The notes under the pieces: model-generated | Database searches by the model: none | The model's input: the letters and a program-made list of their open reading frames with translations, nothing else | Told to the model about the DNA's origin: nothing | NCBI RefSeq assembly: GCF_001194135.2 | Contig: NC_068982.1 | Location: 152,258,335-152,322,334 of the forward strand | DNA from: Octopus bimaculoides | Taxonomy: Eukaryota | Reading direction: 5' to 3' | Length of the DNA: 64,000 bases | Translations under genes and position numbers: made by a program | Shown: positions 26,181-40,627 of the stretch, piece after piece | How the letters are laid out: the number at the start of each line of letters is the position of its first letter | Position numbering within the stretch: the first letter of the stretch is position 1

Positions 26181-26846
26181 CTGAAAGCAAACAGCACAAC
26201 ATTAGTAAAGCTAATTCACATTTCAAATGTCTATTCTCAATCACATATTACATAACAATCAAAATGTATTTCTTTAGAGAAAGTGTCTTTCACTGAGAAA
26301 GGATAAATAAATCATACAAAAATCACCCTTACTGACAATAGTAGTAAGATAAAACAGTAAACGAATCCAAATTAAAAAAATTGGCTATAAGAATACATTC
26401 AAAAATCATACAATACTTAATGCAATCAAAGCCTTTATAAACTGGCTTCAGCTTTACAGCAAAAATCTCATACTAAATCCCGACTTTCAATTCGCTTGAG
26501 GTTAAAATGTGATCATTTCACATTGGTTACTACCATTACAGTTGTTTTTATAACAATACAAGTAATTTTTATTTGCCTGTCATGGTACTTAAATGAGAAT
26601 GAGATGTAAGGTGACAATGTTTTTGAGATTCCAGTTCGAATGACATGAGTGTTTTTGTTTCACTTTTGACATTTAATTCTTAAATAGTGGAGGAGATATG
26701 ATGTTGCTGTGGGCTGGAAGTATGCAAGAAGTTAAAAATTTTTTTGACTAAAACACAACTGGGACCCTAAGTAAGGCATGTGTAAAATTTGAATGAAATT
26801 GGTTGTGCAGTTCTGGAGTTTTAGAGATTCACACACACACATTCTC

Positions 26847-26950
<104 letters not shown>

Positions 26951-26989
26951 GGAATAGCCAGTGAATAAATGGTTAAATAGGTTTCTTAC

Positions 26990-27091
26990 TTGTTCCACAA
27001 ACTGATACAAGGAAGTTTTTCATGGACCCCAGTTTGACAAAATGATAAAGCTCTCCACATATCATTACAGCTCACAGCCAGGTCAACAGCT
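26990..27091 (-). CDS. ZFC3H1: ZFC3H1 exon w23, 102 nt, AVDLAVS..LPCISLWN(K)
   Basis: ttaaccag / AA|gtaaga, phase 2/2. Confidence 0.92.
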
Positions 27092-27259
27092 CTGGTTAAA
27101 AGGATAAAAAGAGAGAATAATTTGCAAGAATTTACAAAATCAAGAAGAAATATTTTGAATATGAATATTATTTCTTGTATACTATAAAGAATTTTCAAGT
27201 ATATTCATAAAGTGTACATATTTATATGTATATATAAATATAAATGAAATGGACATTAC

Positions 27260-27517
27260 CTGAGTATGAGTTCAATATTGTTAGGCATGATAGTAAGGAA
27301 TTTATCATAAGCAGCCATCTTCTGTTCAGTTGATTCCAGACAGTTAATATAAAGATCAATGATTTTGTTATGATGCTGGTGGTCATGCCAGTATCGAGAA
27401 GTAGAGGTCTCCACTCGACTTGGAAGGCAAGTCAAGCTACGAATAACGAGGCTTTGAAGTTTATCAGCAGCACTGTTTCCTTCATGAGCTGCTTGGCGAA
27501 TTTGATAGTTCAAGTAA
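27260..27517 (-). CDS. ZFC3H1: ZFC3H1 exon w22, 258 nt, YLNYQ..RYWHDHQHHN..MPNNIELIL(R)
   Basis: tttttcag / AG|gtaatg, phase 2/2. Confidence 0.95.
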
Positions 27518-27685
27518 CTGAAAAATAGAAGTAAAATTTTATTTACATTCTCAGTTGCTTGTTTAGCCCCAGATCAGCAGCAACCAACTCCTCTCTTCTA
27601 CTTAGATATGATAGATGATATTAACAACTTTCAGAGACAAATAAAAAGTTTTATGTTTAATATGTTTAGATATATTGAAATAAGC

Positions 27686-28068
27686 ACAGGCATGGCTGCA
27701 TGGCTAAGTTTACTTCCTAACCACATGGTTTCAGGTTCATTCCTCTGGCATAGTACTGTGGGCAAATATCTTCTATAGCCCTGGGCCAACCAAAAAGCCT
27801 TAAGTGCATTTGATAGACAGAAACTGAGTGGAAGCCCATTGTATATGTGTATATTTGTCTCCTTGTCTTGACATTACAGGATTCATGTCAATGTCAAATA
27901 AGCAGTATTATTCATTTCCGACATTCTGTGTGAACATATTATATTACCTTGCTTAAAATCAAGAAACGGTTGGCTACACAAAAGGCCACCTGCAGTAGAA
28001 AATTTGCCTTAAACTTCGTCTGACCCATGCAAGCATGGAATAGTGGACATTAAAACAATGATAACATC
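27686..28068 (+). mobile_element. tRNA-derived SINE with RTE-like tail
   Basis: Collinear with 23385-23780. Confidence 0.75.
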
Positions 28069-28139
28069 GAGTGTGTTGAGAGAAAATATTTACTTTCTAT
28101 AACATAACTCAGATCCAATGTTTTATATCAGTTCATCTT

Positions 28140-28800
28140 CCCTATGGTTCTTGGTTTCTCCAGTCATCCCCGTCCTGGATCTTCCTTGCTAACTGCTTCC
28201 TACTTCATCCAGATCTTTATCTCCTAAATGTCACATCAACAAAAATTTCATGGTTTCCTTGCTTCCTTTTATTACGGAGATTCTATTTGAAAAACTAACA
28301 GGCAATGTTCTGCCAGGGTCTTCTGAAAGTATATGTAATCTTGTGCTATATTCTTTGTTTGATCTCCATGTTAATAGTCTGTTTGATATGCTCTCATAAG
28401 GCTTTATCATTGATTTTCTTTGGCTAATAGATTCTTAATATCTTCAGTGGCAGTAGCTGAAGGTCTGGTTGCTTTTAAGACTGGCTTTTATATATCTGCA
28501 TGTCTCCACATTTGAATTGAAGACATAGATCTTAGTGTTCCTGGGAATTAGTCTTGACTTGCAGGTGTCATTCAACACGAGGAACAGAATTCATACTTTG
28601 TCAATTCTGGCTTTCTTGTCAGCATCAGCACTGACTGAATGGTCGAGGTTACCCAAGTATGTAAAGCTTGCATTTTCCTCAAGTGGATCATCCTTAATAT
28701 AAACTGGCTTTTCTATGGTAAGTTTCATAACCTTGGTCTTGACTATACAAATGTTCAGGTCACCTTGTGCAGATATTTCTGTTAAGTTGGATACTAATGT
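28140..28800 (-). mobile_element. RTE-like LINE RT/C-terminal fragment
   Basis: KTKVM..FTYLG..ARIDK motifs; degraded. Confidence 0.6.
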
Positions 28801-29866
28801 GGAAACCATTAAAGTAGTAATTTCTACTGTTGGGTGATCTTTAATCTAATTGTTACAAGTGATGCCACAACAAAAGTAGAAGAATAAGTGTTAAAAAAAA
28901 AGACTACAATATTCTGGCAGTCATTTTGGATATATGAAGTGGAACACTTCGTCTCACATTAGCAGGATAGTAGTAAGTCTTTGATTTGGTTTTCCAAGCA
29001 TCGTACAGTAGAGCAGCATCATTTTAAAGAATTGACCACTTGTTCGCTCACATTAAAGCTCAACAAGAAGTCAATTCACGAATTCTATTTTCTGCAGTTT
29101 AAACGCATTTTACCTATACATTTGTCTTGGCTGCTACCTCCTCTCACCACATAACACAAACCTTTAAAGTCAAGAACATATGCATGATGCTGTTTCTACA
29201 TGTTTGAACTTATATTCACAAATATATGTATAAGCAATTTTATGCAAACCCTATTTTTACTAATATAGTAATCTTAGACTTCATTTTGTTTGAATGCATT
29301 GCTGTCTACCTTTTGAAGAAAACATAATTGCTTCCACCAGGTTGGAAGAGGTTCACACATCTGTGATATATAGAAAATAAGGGAAATATATAACCTCTCT
29401 GCAACCTATTTTCTATATGGCCAAGGAATGTTGAGTAAAAGTGTACTATGTACTCATTGTAAAAGATGGAAAGCAGTGAAGTTTTATCTCAAGGTACATA
29501 GCTACAAGGCAAACATGAAGCAAGATTGAGATAAATGATATGTTGTACACCAAACCTATCCAACCCAAGGAAACTTTGTAAGACATTAAAATAATAAAAA
29601 TTACATTTCCATCCAACAAGAATAGGAAGTCTTCAATAATCTAATGAACAAGCAATAAAGTTAGAATCCTAACCAATCACTCAGTTTAACATTTCAACTT
29701 GGTCCTTGGATGCATTTCATATTTAATTGTAGTTTTTACTTCTTTTCCCTCACCACTTGCCCCAGAACCATTGGAAAAGTGCTACAGGCATGTAGCACTT
29801 TCCAACTCTAAGATACAGAAAAAATTATCAATTATCAGAAAGAGAAGAGAAGAGAAGAGAACTTAC

Positions 29867-29971
29867 TGTAGCCAAACTTGAGCAATGTCAGATGTTGATT
29901 TCATAGTGGACAAAGCAGTTTCATATCCTTCAATTGCTTGACTATAATCACTTTGTAACTCCAATAATAAA
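29867..29971 (-). CDS. ZFC3H1: ZFC3H1 exon w21, 105 nt, LLLELQ..YETAL..QVWL(H)
   Basis: tttgctag / CA|gtaagt, phase 2/2. Confidence 0.92.
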
Positions 29972-30084
29972 CTAGCAAAAAACATGAGTGAGAAATTTTG
30001 TAGTACTTGGAAATTATTTTAAAAAAGTATTTCATCAAAGAAAGAAATTAACAAACACGAGAAACATAATCACTGAGTACATAC

Positions 30085-30195
30085 CAATAAGTAAGCCAGA
30101 AATATAATTGGTTCTTTTGAAGAACTTCTGGAGAAATATTTTCACAATAATCAGGTATTTTATAGTCAAGTGGGATAGTCTGACGAAGTAGACAG
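30085..30195 (-). CDS. ZFC3H1: ZFC3H1 exon w20, 111 nt, CLLRQTIP..LYFWLTY(C)
   Basis: ttccctag / TG|gtatgt, phase 2/2. Confidence 0.92.
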
Positions 30196-33100
30196 CTAGG
30201 GAATTAAAAAGAAAAATGACATTTAAAACATAGAAACAATCAAGACATTCTCATGAGAAAGTAGAAGTAATTAGCTATATGGAAAACTCTTTTAAGATGA
30301 CAAACTATGCATTACTAACAATATATTTTGTTACCATCAGTACATCAATGAAGACTAACTAAAACACAAACAAGATGCTGAAAATGAGGACATCAAAAAT
30401 CTTGGACTTAGAACTATGTAGAGAGCAGAAGACTAGCATCTTAAGCTGAGAGTAGTATGCTTTCAGATGAAAGTGCCAGATTTCAAGAACCCCATGCTGA
30501 AAGCCAAGAATTCTAAGAGATTTACAAATATTTCTGAATACTGGAAAACTTTTAGTAACCATAGAATTCAATAGTGGACATTGCTACTTCATTTTTGTAT
30601 GTGTGTGGTGGGGGTTAAGAGACAAAAGGAAAAAAAAACACCAGGAATTTTTATGCTTTCAACACCAGCCCACCCATGACCATCTTTGGTTAATTATCAC
30701 CTAATTAAACACTGACATATAGATACAAATCTCTTTAACCATGTTATTTATAATGGGATTTGACTAATCAAATGCTTAACATACACTGTCCAACATTGTT
30801 AGAGTGAATAGAACGGTCAACAGATATTTTGGTTATTTTTACACATTTTTTTTTTTACTTCTGTGACGTACCACTCCTTTTACAATGGATACAAACTTCA
30901 AGGCTAGAATAAATATTAAAAAATGGATCTCAGTTATATTTCTGGGCGTCAATTTCAGTTGTTCCATCAACTGGACTGTCTGCTCATTAACTTAATAAGT
31001 GGCTGACTACTTCACAAAACACATGTAGTCTTAATGCAATCTTAAGGCAGAATAAATGTGAGAGTTTGTGACAAAACCACTGAAATACAAGTACAGTCCA
31101 TTCAAAGGGGTTCTTTGTAGTTTCCAGTTTTTTCCACTTCACTTAAATGATTTGGATTGACCCCAGGCTGTTGGTATAGGACACTTGTTCAAGATGCCAC
31201 ACAGTAGGACCAAGCTTGCAGCTTCTTGATTGCAAAGTGAACTTCTGAACTATTCTAGCATACTGAATCTACAAGAGTTACAACAGTGACAAGAAGGTGA
31301 TGGATTTTCAAGGACAGAAGTGGCCAAAAGAAATTTTAAAATACAATTATAATATGGTGGAATTAGTACCGAATGATTCCATTTCTAATAGAAAAAACAA
31401 CAGTAAGGAATGTAATAACAAATTGATTTCAAAAAGAGAATAGATTTTGAAAGGACCCAGGACCAATCAGTCTTCTTGGGGACTCAAAATTCATTGACTG
31501 TTTACTTTTGTTTATTTCCATTCAAGTGTTTGAAATAACTGTACACACTAATCACTAAAGGAAAAAAGGTGACAGCTTATTGAGTCATGCCTAGAAGAAA
31601 TTCAGGGACTTTTTGTAACAAACATCATAATGGGAAGTACTCAGGATTATCAATTACTAGAGTACTAATGAATCCTTTGATGAAACTTTGTTTTTCCAGC
31701 ATTATGACTAAACACATTCTCTAAAACATTAAATTTCCACATACAATACACCAACAGTACACCAGTACAAAGGAAAGAAAATTACGATCCATTATTTAAA
31801 ATGGACACATTATATTAGAAACTGAGGCATAGTTTCAAGGAATATAGAAGCAATATGACTGTCTGTTGTTTTGAATAGTTTGCTACACTACTGAAGACAG
31901 GTTATTCAAATAATAATTTGGAATAGAAGCAAAAACTGGTAACAGGGTTAGCGCTCTGAATTTGATTATTTCTTTGATAATAAAGAAACAATCAAGTCAC
32001 AAAAGAGTATGCCATGAATGCTTATATCAATAAAAGGAAGCTCCCAGTGCATATGAAGTAAACTGACTTTCCACTGTGCATCCAGTAACATTGACATCTG
32101 CAGCAAAGGATGTTTTACAGCTTTCCACAAAAGAAAATATAAGATAACATTTGTATATAGAATTAAATTTTACAAAATATTCTCAAATTTACTTGTTTTC
32201 AATTTCTTTTTCATATAATTTACCGCAACAAGTTACCTAAAGGAAAGCCACCTGTTTATAATTAGTAAATATTTTCATCACTAAGCTGTTTGTGTGTGGA
32301 ATTTTTTTTTTGTAAGTACTTATTTCATTTTCAAATTTTTTAAATTATATTTTAATTAAATAATTAAATATTATTTGGTGTTATTAAGTACTTGTTTTGC
32401 ACCCACTCAAGTTCAATTGAAAATCTAATGACATCTTTGATGTCCTTTACAATTTTGTTACTTATTTCAGTTGAAAATTTACTAGTAATTCATTTAATAG
32501 AAAGATATTAAAAAAATTAATTTCACATTTCACTTTCAGTTGTATGTAGTTTTGAGATAAAAGTTCCATCACAGATTTACGTGAAAACCCTTTGTGTTCC
32601 AAACACAAACTTGATATAATAAACCAAAAGTTACAATTGTTTTACAAACAAGACTTATATTAACAATTTAGAATTTAATTGAAACACATGGTTAGAAATA
32701 TTATAAAAATAAAATAAAAACATATTAAATCATTTCCTTAATTTCAATGGATATGCTTTCCTAAGAAAGTTTTCCAAAACTGAAGAGATTTCAGGACAAT
32801 TAGTGGCACAAAATTCAAAATATTGATACACTTTATTTATATCAACATATTGTCCTTAGTAATAATTAACTCTTACAGATGAAATAAGTTTCATACTGTT
32901 TCCTGCCAAATCAACTTTGCCTTTCATCCTTCTAAGGTCTATAAAATAGAAACACTAGTTAAATATTGGGAACAATTTGACAAAACCTAGCGCCCAAATT
33001 TGTGACTTTGTGTCTGTGTTAGAAGCTATTATTTTACTTTGTATGCGTGATAGAATGGAATGTTACAGGTTACAAACGATACTTGTGAAAAGAATTGAAC

Positions 33101-33262
33101 AGGTGATGGTTTATGTTAAAAACAAATGGAGTTGAAAAATGTATTTTACGAAATAATTTCCTTACATTGTGTAGAAGGAGGAATTTTTCAAAGAGTAATA
33201 TAGACTGATCTAATATGAGGTTTTAGGAAAACCTGTAACCTAAAATGATGATGATGTCTTAC

Positions 33263-33363
33263 CAATAAAGAATGTTTGGATCACAACGACTATCAGTAAT
33301 GTCTATCAAGAAACAAGATATTGATGCCTGCTCCAGATATCTTAATGCACATTCAGAATCAGT
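33263..33363 (-). CDS. ZFC3H1: ZFC3H1 exon w19, 101 nt, TDSECALRYL..PNILY(C)
   Basis: aatttcag / TG|gtaaga, phase 0/2. Confidence 0.88.
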
Positions 33364-33477
33364 CTGAAATTAAACAAATAAAATCTGTAGGAAAACAAAA
33401 ACAAAAAGATTTAAAAAATATCAAAATTATAAAGAGAAAAGTATGAAACAAAAGATGGACAGAAATGAAGTCCTCAC

Positions 33478-33555
33478 CAAACTCAATGCCATGTGAGATG
33501 CATACAAGTAAAGCTTTGCTGAGTAACATCCAGTTTTCAGTGCCTCATCAAATAT
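33478..33555 (-). CDS. ZFC3H1: ZFC3H1 exon w18, 78 nt, IFDEALKT..MALSL
   Basis: ttttacag / TTG|gtgagg, phase 0/0; not in the ORF track. Confidence 0.88.
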
Positions 33556-34140
33556 CTGTAAAATATTTATTGAAATATAAGTAACTGTTGTAATAATGCA
33601 CAATAAAGAAGAAAACAGTGAAGTAGAATTAAAAATCTTTTTTTTTCCCCAAGAAAACTGGATTTTTTTTTCTTTTACACAATAAAAAGTGCTACAAATT
33701 TTTCATATTTTTTATGAATTATTCAAATATTTTATTGCAGAGCTATTAAAATGTGGAGTTGCAATTTCTAGCTGAGTGAGATAAACTTTCATATTAGCAT
33801 ACCTGTGTAAAGGATTGAGATGTTTCACTTCATCATTTGATCAATGGGTTTCCTGGCTGTTTCACCTGTCACATTTTAAACATATCAACACATCCCCAAC
33901 ATTCAAATAAAGCATATAGTTCAATGTCTATTTACCATATCAATACCAAATGCAATGCGAGATCAGCCACCTCAATCAAAAGCTTGAAGTCAGTACTCCA
34001 ACAAAAGTCAAATAATCAATAATTAGCATATGGTTGCCCAAGATCAAAGGTGTTTCAGCAATAACCATGCCATCTTTATCTAACAATGTGATTTGACTGA
34101 AATTTGACTGCTATTTCTAGCAGAATTAATGAACATCACA

Positions 34141-34254
34141 GTGTGTGTGTGAGAGAGAGGGAGGGGGATGGGGAGAGAGGGAGGGGGNNNNNNNNNNNNN
34201 NNNNNNNNNNNNNNNNNNNNNNNNNNNNNNNNNNNNNNNNNNNNNNNNNNNNNN

Positions 34255-34295
<41 letters not shown>
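34141..34295. repeat. (GT)n/(GA)n tract around N gap 34188-34254
   Basis: Seen directly. Confidence 0.9.
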
Positions 34296-35179
34296 CAGTG
34301 TTCAGCCTTGGTCAAGCAGATCTATGATGACAGTTGTTCTGGTGAACATAGTTTTCAGTCAATTTTCTATGATGGCATGGGCTGCTATTCAGAGTTATTG
34401 TCCTCCTAGATGAGTAAGAGGGCCACATCTTACTCATACTTTTCATTTTTGGCATGGTTTCTACAGCTAGATGTCCTTACTAACATTTATCACTTTAAAA
34501 ATGTGTGTAAGATACATTGTTATTATGGAACCAGCATTAGAGAGATTAACTTGTCAATTGCAAGAGTTCTATGTTCTTTCAAAGCAAAAATGATTGAGAA
34601 AGTGAATGGAAGACAGTGTAGAGACCAAGAGAGTGAAAGAAGATTGTATGAATGAGATGAAGGAAACGGTGTAAGAGGATGGCGAAAGAGGTTGTACTGA
34701 AAGAGAGACAATAACTACTAGTTGGTTGTTGATAAACAGAATGGAAAAAAACCCCCCAGCATGAGCAGCATAACAGGATTGCAAAAAAGATAAATGATGC
34801 TAGCAGTAAGTGATGGACAGAGATGTGAGGGAGGTAGATGTCAATGTAAAGTCACATGGAGCAAGAGATAGCCAGCAATAAATATTGGTGATGCAGGAAG
34901 TAACAGATATGGAAAGGTTCAATGCCATCCTTTGTTACACAGATATTGTAATAGAGTGATAAAGGGTGATGGTGGAGGGATTGAATAAGGACAGATGAAA
35001 TGCCATTCCTCATTATAAAGGAAGCATAGCATAGTAAGACAGAGGGTGACTGAAAATAAGATAACAAAGAGGCCAAAGAATGGGAAACCAACAGGATTAC
35101 CATGGGCAAAAGACTAAACATAAAAATATACTCTATTTATCAACTTTTATTTTAATGGCCACTTTGATTGCTTTGCACT

Positions 35180-36725
35180 GATGAATGGTTCTTCTGCAAT
35201 GTTGCATGTTACCATTCATCATCGCTCTTTATTATCTTTGTGAGTTTTATCTTCTTGAAATGAACATTCACTATATAATTCCATGTTTTTGAAGGCAGCT
35301 TTCTCTCTCTTCTGCAGGCTCTAGCCACTTCAAGCTGTTGGAACATTTTTTATACAAACGGCATCCCCCATATGCATCCCATGTTCATACAAATATGCCC
35401 AATTCCTTCTATATCCAGTTTCTTAAGTTCATTGTTCCTACACAAGATTTTAGAAGCAGCAGAGAAGGATCACTTTATTTGTTTTCTAGCTGGTGCAAAT
35501 CTTCCACTTTTAAGGCCCATGTCATGCCACACTTAGCATCCCACTACATACGAAAGCATCATACATCCTGCAATTTATTCTGGGGAGAGAGAGAGAAATT
35601 CAATGTAGCTAGCAGAAGAAATAGCTCCTGAACTTTTTCCAACATATTCTTACTCTAGTTACATTTTCAGAATACTGAACTTCACTGCTAATTAGGTCCC
35701 TTAGGTAAAAGAAGCTATTAGCTACCCCATGTGAGTCTTGCTAATCATTCCTGTGCATGTCATATACGAAGTCAACTTTCTCTACCAGCTTGCCTGTGAC
35801 TTCATGGACATCTTTTGTATGTCTATAGCTTACACTGGGTACATCTTAAAGGATTTCTACCTAATCTTTTTCTGCACGTCACATACACCCATTTTCCTGA
35901 TAGTAGCAGCATCACACCTTCCCTGCTTATTAAAACTTTGGTCTTTGCTTACTGAGGCCATTCAATCTTAAGCTTGGCTTCCATATCTGGATTGTCTTCC
36001 ATCAGCATAGAAGTTCCCAAGGACAGCTGGTCATAAAATTAACTGTTATAGCCTGGAGGACAATAATAAACAGGAGAGGCTGACATCTTAGCTCTGATAG
36101 ACTGCTACCTGCTTGCTAAATTTATCTGAATTCATTCCTGCCTCTCAACTTGCTGATTTCACCTTACACTTGGCTTCTGCAGCCTTCACAAGCCATCTAC
36201 TCCTTGCTATCAGAGACCACCATATGCCAGAGTACAGACCCTATCAAAGGCTTTCACAAGACTAACAAATGCTAAAATATAGGGCTTACTTCTAATTATG
36301 CATTTCTCTCGCAATTGCTTTAGGAAAATGGCTATGGTACTACCTCTTCTTGGTACAAAGCCAAACTGCACTTTATCTAGGTTAATGCTCTTTTTCCATA
36401 ACTTTCATAACTTGGACCAACAATTCAAAGCCTCTGCTGTTACCTTTCTCTAGTGCATCTCTTTTTCCTTTCTAATAGGTGATGATAACACTTATGTCAG
36501 TCATTTGGCATGACACTTTTCTATACAACCTAACTGACTCCGTACAATCGCTTATAACAGCACTTCCATACCTCATTCATTCTGGTATCAATAGGCAAGG
36601 GTACCATTCTTGTGTACACATTTCTCAATTCTCTCTTGCACAATGCTTTGCAATTCAGAATATCTCACACCTGATCCTCATGCTGGAGTACTTGTGCAAA
36701 CCTATTACTTTCCGTTTCTCTGCTT
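35180..36725 (-). mobile_element. degraded RTE LINE RT region
   Basis: CPWEL(L)YAD-like block at ~36000-36035, flanking RTE-like motifs, frameshifts. Confidence 0.7.
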
Positions 36726-37133
36726 GTTAAGTATATTCAATGTCTAGCTTCTTTTCTAAATGATGTACTTTGCTTCAGCCTTTTTTCCAGTCTCTCCAGC
36801 CCCATTTCTTAGCTTTTATAACTTTATCTGCAATACTACTCCAGCACCATATTACTTTCCATCTGGCAAGAATCTTCCATCAAACACAGCTCTGATCTGT
36901 GGTCCTCATAAATTGTACTGTAGAAATATTCTGTCTCAACTCCCCATTCCTGTCATGTGCATCAACTACAATTTTGAACCAACAGTAGGCGTGATCCTTA
37001 GACAGTGTGTTTAGACCTACATTATTCAATATATACTTTTTAAATTTAAGGAAAACCACAATTTTTAGCATGGTTATAGATAGTGAGGAATAGAAATGTC
37101 TAGTATAATAGATATGTGTAACTTAATACAAAC

Positions 37134-37254
37134 CTGCCAAACAGCAGTAACGTTCTTGTCTGCTGAATAAAATTCAGCCATTGAGAGCCAAACGTCATCC
37201 AAGTGTGGCCACTTCATTAACACTTCACGCCCTATAGAAAGGGCTTCATCCATT
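37134..37254 (-). CDS. ZFC3H1: ZFC3H1 exon w17, 121 nt, MDEALSIG..TAVWQ
   Basis: ttttcag / CAG|gtttgt, phase 2/0. Confidence 0.9.
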
Positions 37255-37539
37255 CTGAAAATAACATTTATAAACAAATCTATTAATGAAATACATTCTT
37301 TGGAATAAAAAGCAATGATATACAGGACATATGTCTACTGAAGGTAACTTAGAATAGAAACTTACCTTTTATCTTGAGTCAAACAGATTCTTTGGAATGA
37401 TGGTGACTCACATTCCTTGGGGAAATAAACTGGCTAAATATTTGAATTTCCATTTCATATTGCATTAAGAAAAGGTCAGTGATCCTCAATCAAAATAGAT
37501 GCAAACTTTAACGATTTCCAAACATGCAAAATAATTTCA

Positions 37540-38380
37540 CTGCTAGACTTTAAAACCACCTCCGTGAATCCTCCAATCAATCACTCCGCAACAAAAATAG
37601 TATCATATGTAACCACTTCCACTGAACAGGATAAAAACTGTTACTACATTCCACCTGTTTCACCACCATGTAGCCAGTCATGAAGTGAGTACTACTCTAG
37701 CCACACCAATCCAACAATATAACCAGTCTTGACAGTGTCTCTACTATTACCCCAAAATAGTATACTGAATATTAGATCATAACTACCAAATTCTTCAATT
37801 TTCAGCTCTACTGGGATCTATCTCAATGTACTAGAAATGTGAATCAGTGCTTCCTATTTTCAATAAGAGTAATCTTACTAACTACTTTACTGTTCATTCA
37901 CTTCTAATATCTTAAAAGTTGATGGCAATCTTATCACCTGAAGATTATCTCCCCTCTCAGTAACCGTTTATACAGCTTTGGTAGATAAAGTAAAAATTTC
38001 TCTTAAGTCACACACCAATTCTCCATCGACATTGTCTTTTACATCAAAAAGTCCTTTAGTTGTGCTTGAGATGAAAACCCACCTAAGATTACTCATCACT
38101 TTAATTAAAGTAAAAATCAAAACTTTTCTGCAAGACAACCACATTGCAGCAATGAGGTCTTCTCAGATGTTATAAATACTCCTACACACTTCTTTGCTGT
38201 TAATTTTAACTACAAACACTTCTCTGTAGATACCACCACATCTTACACCTTGAGCTTCTTCATACATGTAATCTAATAATGTGTTGATTTGAAAAAGAGA
38301 TATGAAAACGTCTAAAATCTTCAAAGTGCTAGGCCTTATGATCTCCTATGTTGACTTCATCTATACAGCATTGTGAAAAT
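37540..38380 (-). mobile_element. heavily degraded LINE RT-like fragment
   Basis: Scattered RTE-like peptide remnants only. Confidence 0.4.
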
Positions 38381-38743
38381 TCAAACTCAGTACATTTCAT
38401 GCCTAGAAATATTCTTGATCATCCACTGGCCCTCTACTGCAAAGTAGCTGTCATACACATAAAAAAAATAATTAAAAAAAAATAAGTGCTGTGCACTTAA
38501 CACTTTCATGATCATTCTTCCCAGAAATGTAACCCACTGGAATTTCCTCCCAGAGAAGTTCAGGGAAGCTTGTCCTCCTTCTTTAAGACAAAATAGCAGC
38601 CAGCTCAAGCTTCGATAACTCTGTAATATCAGTTATAAAAGTAAAATAGCTTAATTCATTTGTTATTGATCTTGTCAAATATATAGGATATACATTTGTT
38701 CTAAAATGTAATTATAAGGGAATAGAAAAGACAAGAATTATAC

Positions 38744-38925
38744 CTGGACTGACTGTGAAGAAGTTTTAGAAAGCTACAGTAGACTTCAGAAGACACTTTA
38801 TCATGCTCATCAGTTCTTTCACCATCAGTTTGTAAACAGAAGGTCAAACAATCTTCATAAAGCTTCTGTAAGAATTTGATATCACACTGCAGCTTGGAAT
38901 GGCTATACCAATCTATGTGGAGAGA
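38744..38925 (-). CDS. ZFC3H1: ZFC3H1 exon w16, 182 nt, SLHIDW..LHSQS(R)
   Basis: ctacccag / AG|gtataa, phase 0/2. Confidence 0.9.
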
Positions 38926-39908
38926 CTGGGTAGACAACAAAAAAAAAAATTTGAGAGAGTAAAAGAAAATGGGGAGAGAAAAATAAGAAAGAAAGAGGGC
39001 AGTTACTATACTTTCAGTTATATAAAATAATCCTGGGTCTTAAAATATGACAGATTATTCTTGACTAGTTTAAGAGTTCTAAATAGTTTTGTATCAATAG
39101 ACCCAATAAAATTACCAAATATTTACATGGCAAGGTGAAGAGTCCAAGTATAACAATTTCTTTTAAGATGCTTTAATAACAATTAAAGAAATTTGTTTAA
39201 AAAATAGAATCAAAATATTGAAAGAGAACATAAAAAAAAACCACTTATAATAGTTCAGTAGTTTATGAGCTGCTACCATTGGGAGTCTGAGATCAACTAT
39301 CACATTCATTGCAAACTTGGCAAATCTTCTATTGACCTACAGTTACACATTATAATGACACTGCTACTTGTATAACAGATTATCATCTTAGGAATTTACC
39401 ATTTTAATACAAAGTTTTGACATGTGTTAAGAAGTCTGCTTCTTAATTATGTGGTTTTGGATTCAGTCCCACTGCATAGTACCTCAGGGTAATATATTTT
39501 CTCATCCCTCCTACCCATGACCCAGAGGACATGCTGGAGCAAAACAAGTATTTAGCTGCTAGACATTTCAACTGAGTAGAATGAAGAAATATGAAAGTGT
39601 ATGAGTCAAGGACAAAACATGCTGCCCAAACCAGAAATAATATTCATAACTTTATGACTGTGAAACCAACACTAGGTCGCATACCTTCACACTCTCACAT
39701 AACATATATATGTATAGCTGAGCCTTTATAGATATTGCCGATACATGAATATATATAGCCACATAACATATCAACATTATCTACAGAATAGTGGATTAGC
39801 TAAGCTATGTAAATGTCAAACTAACACAAAAATACTAACAGCTTTTAAATTTGATAATTTTAGTATGCCATTATTACAGTCAAATCAACAATAACTAATA
39901 ATACTGAC

Positions 39909-40076
39909 CTTAGGGAACAAATGGTCAAGAAAATGACCTGTTGAATCATATAGTTGGTCAGGTAACCGCTGAAATTCATGTAAATAGATATAGCAGAGCC
40001 ATAACAAAGCTCGATCACTTGGGCGTAGCATTGACATCAATTCTTCATCATGAGAGGAGGGAGTTTGCAGTAGATT
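39909..40076 (-). CDS. ZFC3H1: ZFC3H1 exon w15, 168 nt, NLLQTP..SDRALLWLCYIYLHEF..LFPK
   Basis: tttcaaag / AAG|gtcagt, phase 0/0. Confidence 0.93.
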
Positions 40077-40408
40077 CTTTGAAATGAGAAATGAGATCAC
40101 AAGATTAGTGGATAAAATCATGTGAATGCTGAATTACATACAGGAATGATTTTCAGTTCAACACAAAAGAAAAAAAAGAAAACATGGAAACCTCACAAAA
40201 TATTTATCTCTATACAATTCATTAGCATAAAATTTAGATTAGATTCATTAAATCCAATGTTTATTCAAAATTTAGAGACTAAAACGTCTCTCTCTCTCTC
40301 TCTCTCTCATACGCACACACACTACAAGCTAACACAATATTAACCCAAAATTTATTTTGTACCAAAAGCCAGCTGCACCTTCTACCTAGGCCATGGTTTT
40401 GATTTCTT

Positions 40409-40627
40409 CATCATCATCATCATCGTTTAACGTCCGATTTCCATGCTAGCATGGGTTGGACGATTTGACTGAGGACTGGTGAACCAGATGGCTACACCAG
40501 GCTCCAATCTGATTTAGCAGCATTTCTACAGCTGGATGCCCTTCCTAACGCCAACCACTCCGAGAGTGTAGTGGGTGCTTTTACATGCCACCGGCACGAA
40601 GGCCAGTCAGACGGTACTGGCAACAAT
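40409..40627 (-). mobile_element. young RTE-tail copy
   Basis: Same sequence as 17089. Confidence 0.85.

Noticed and set aside
33803-33900. Exon ending at CAG|GTATGC
   Set aside because: All three frames stop just upstream and no good acceptor exists; the model is complete without it.
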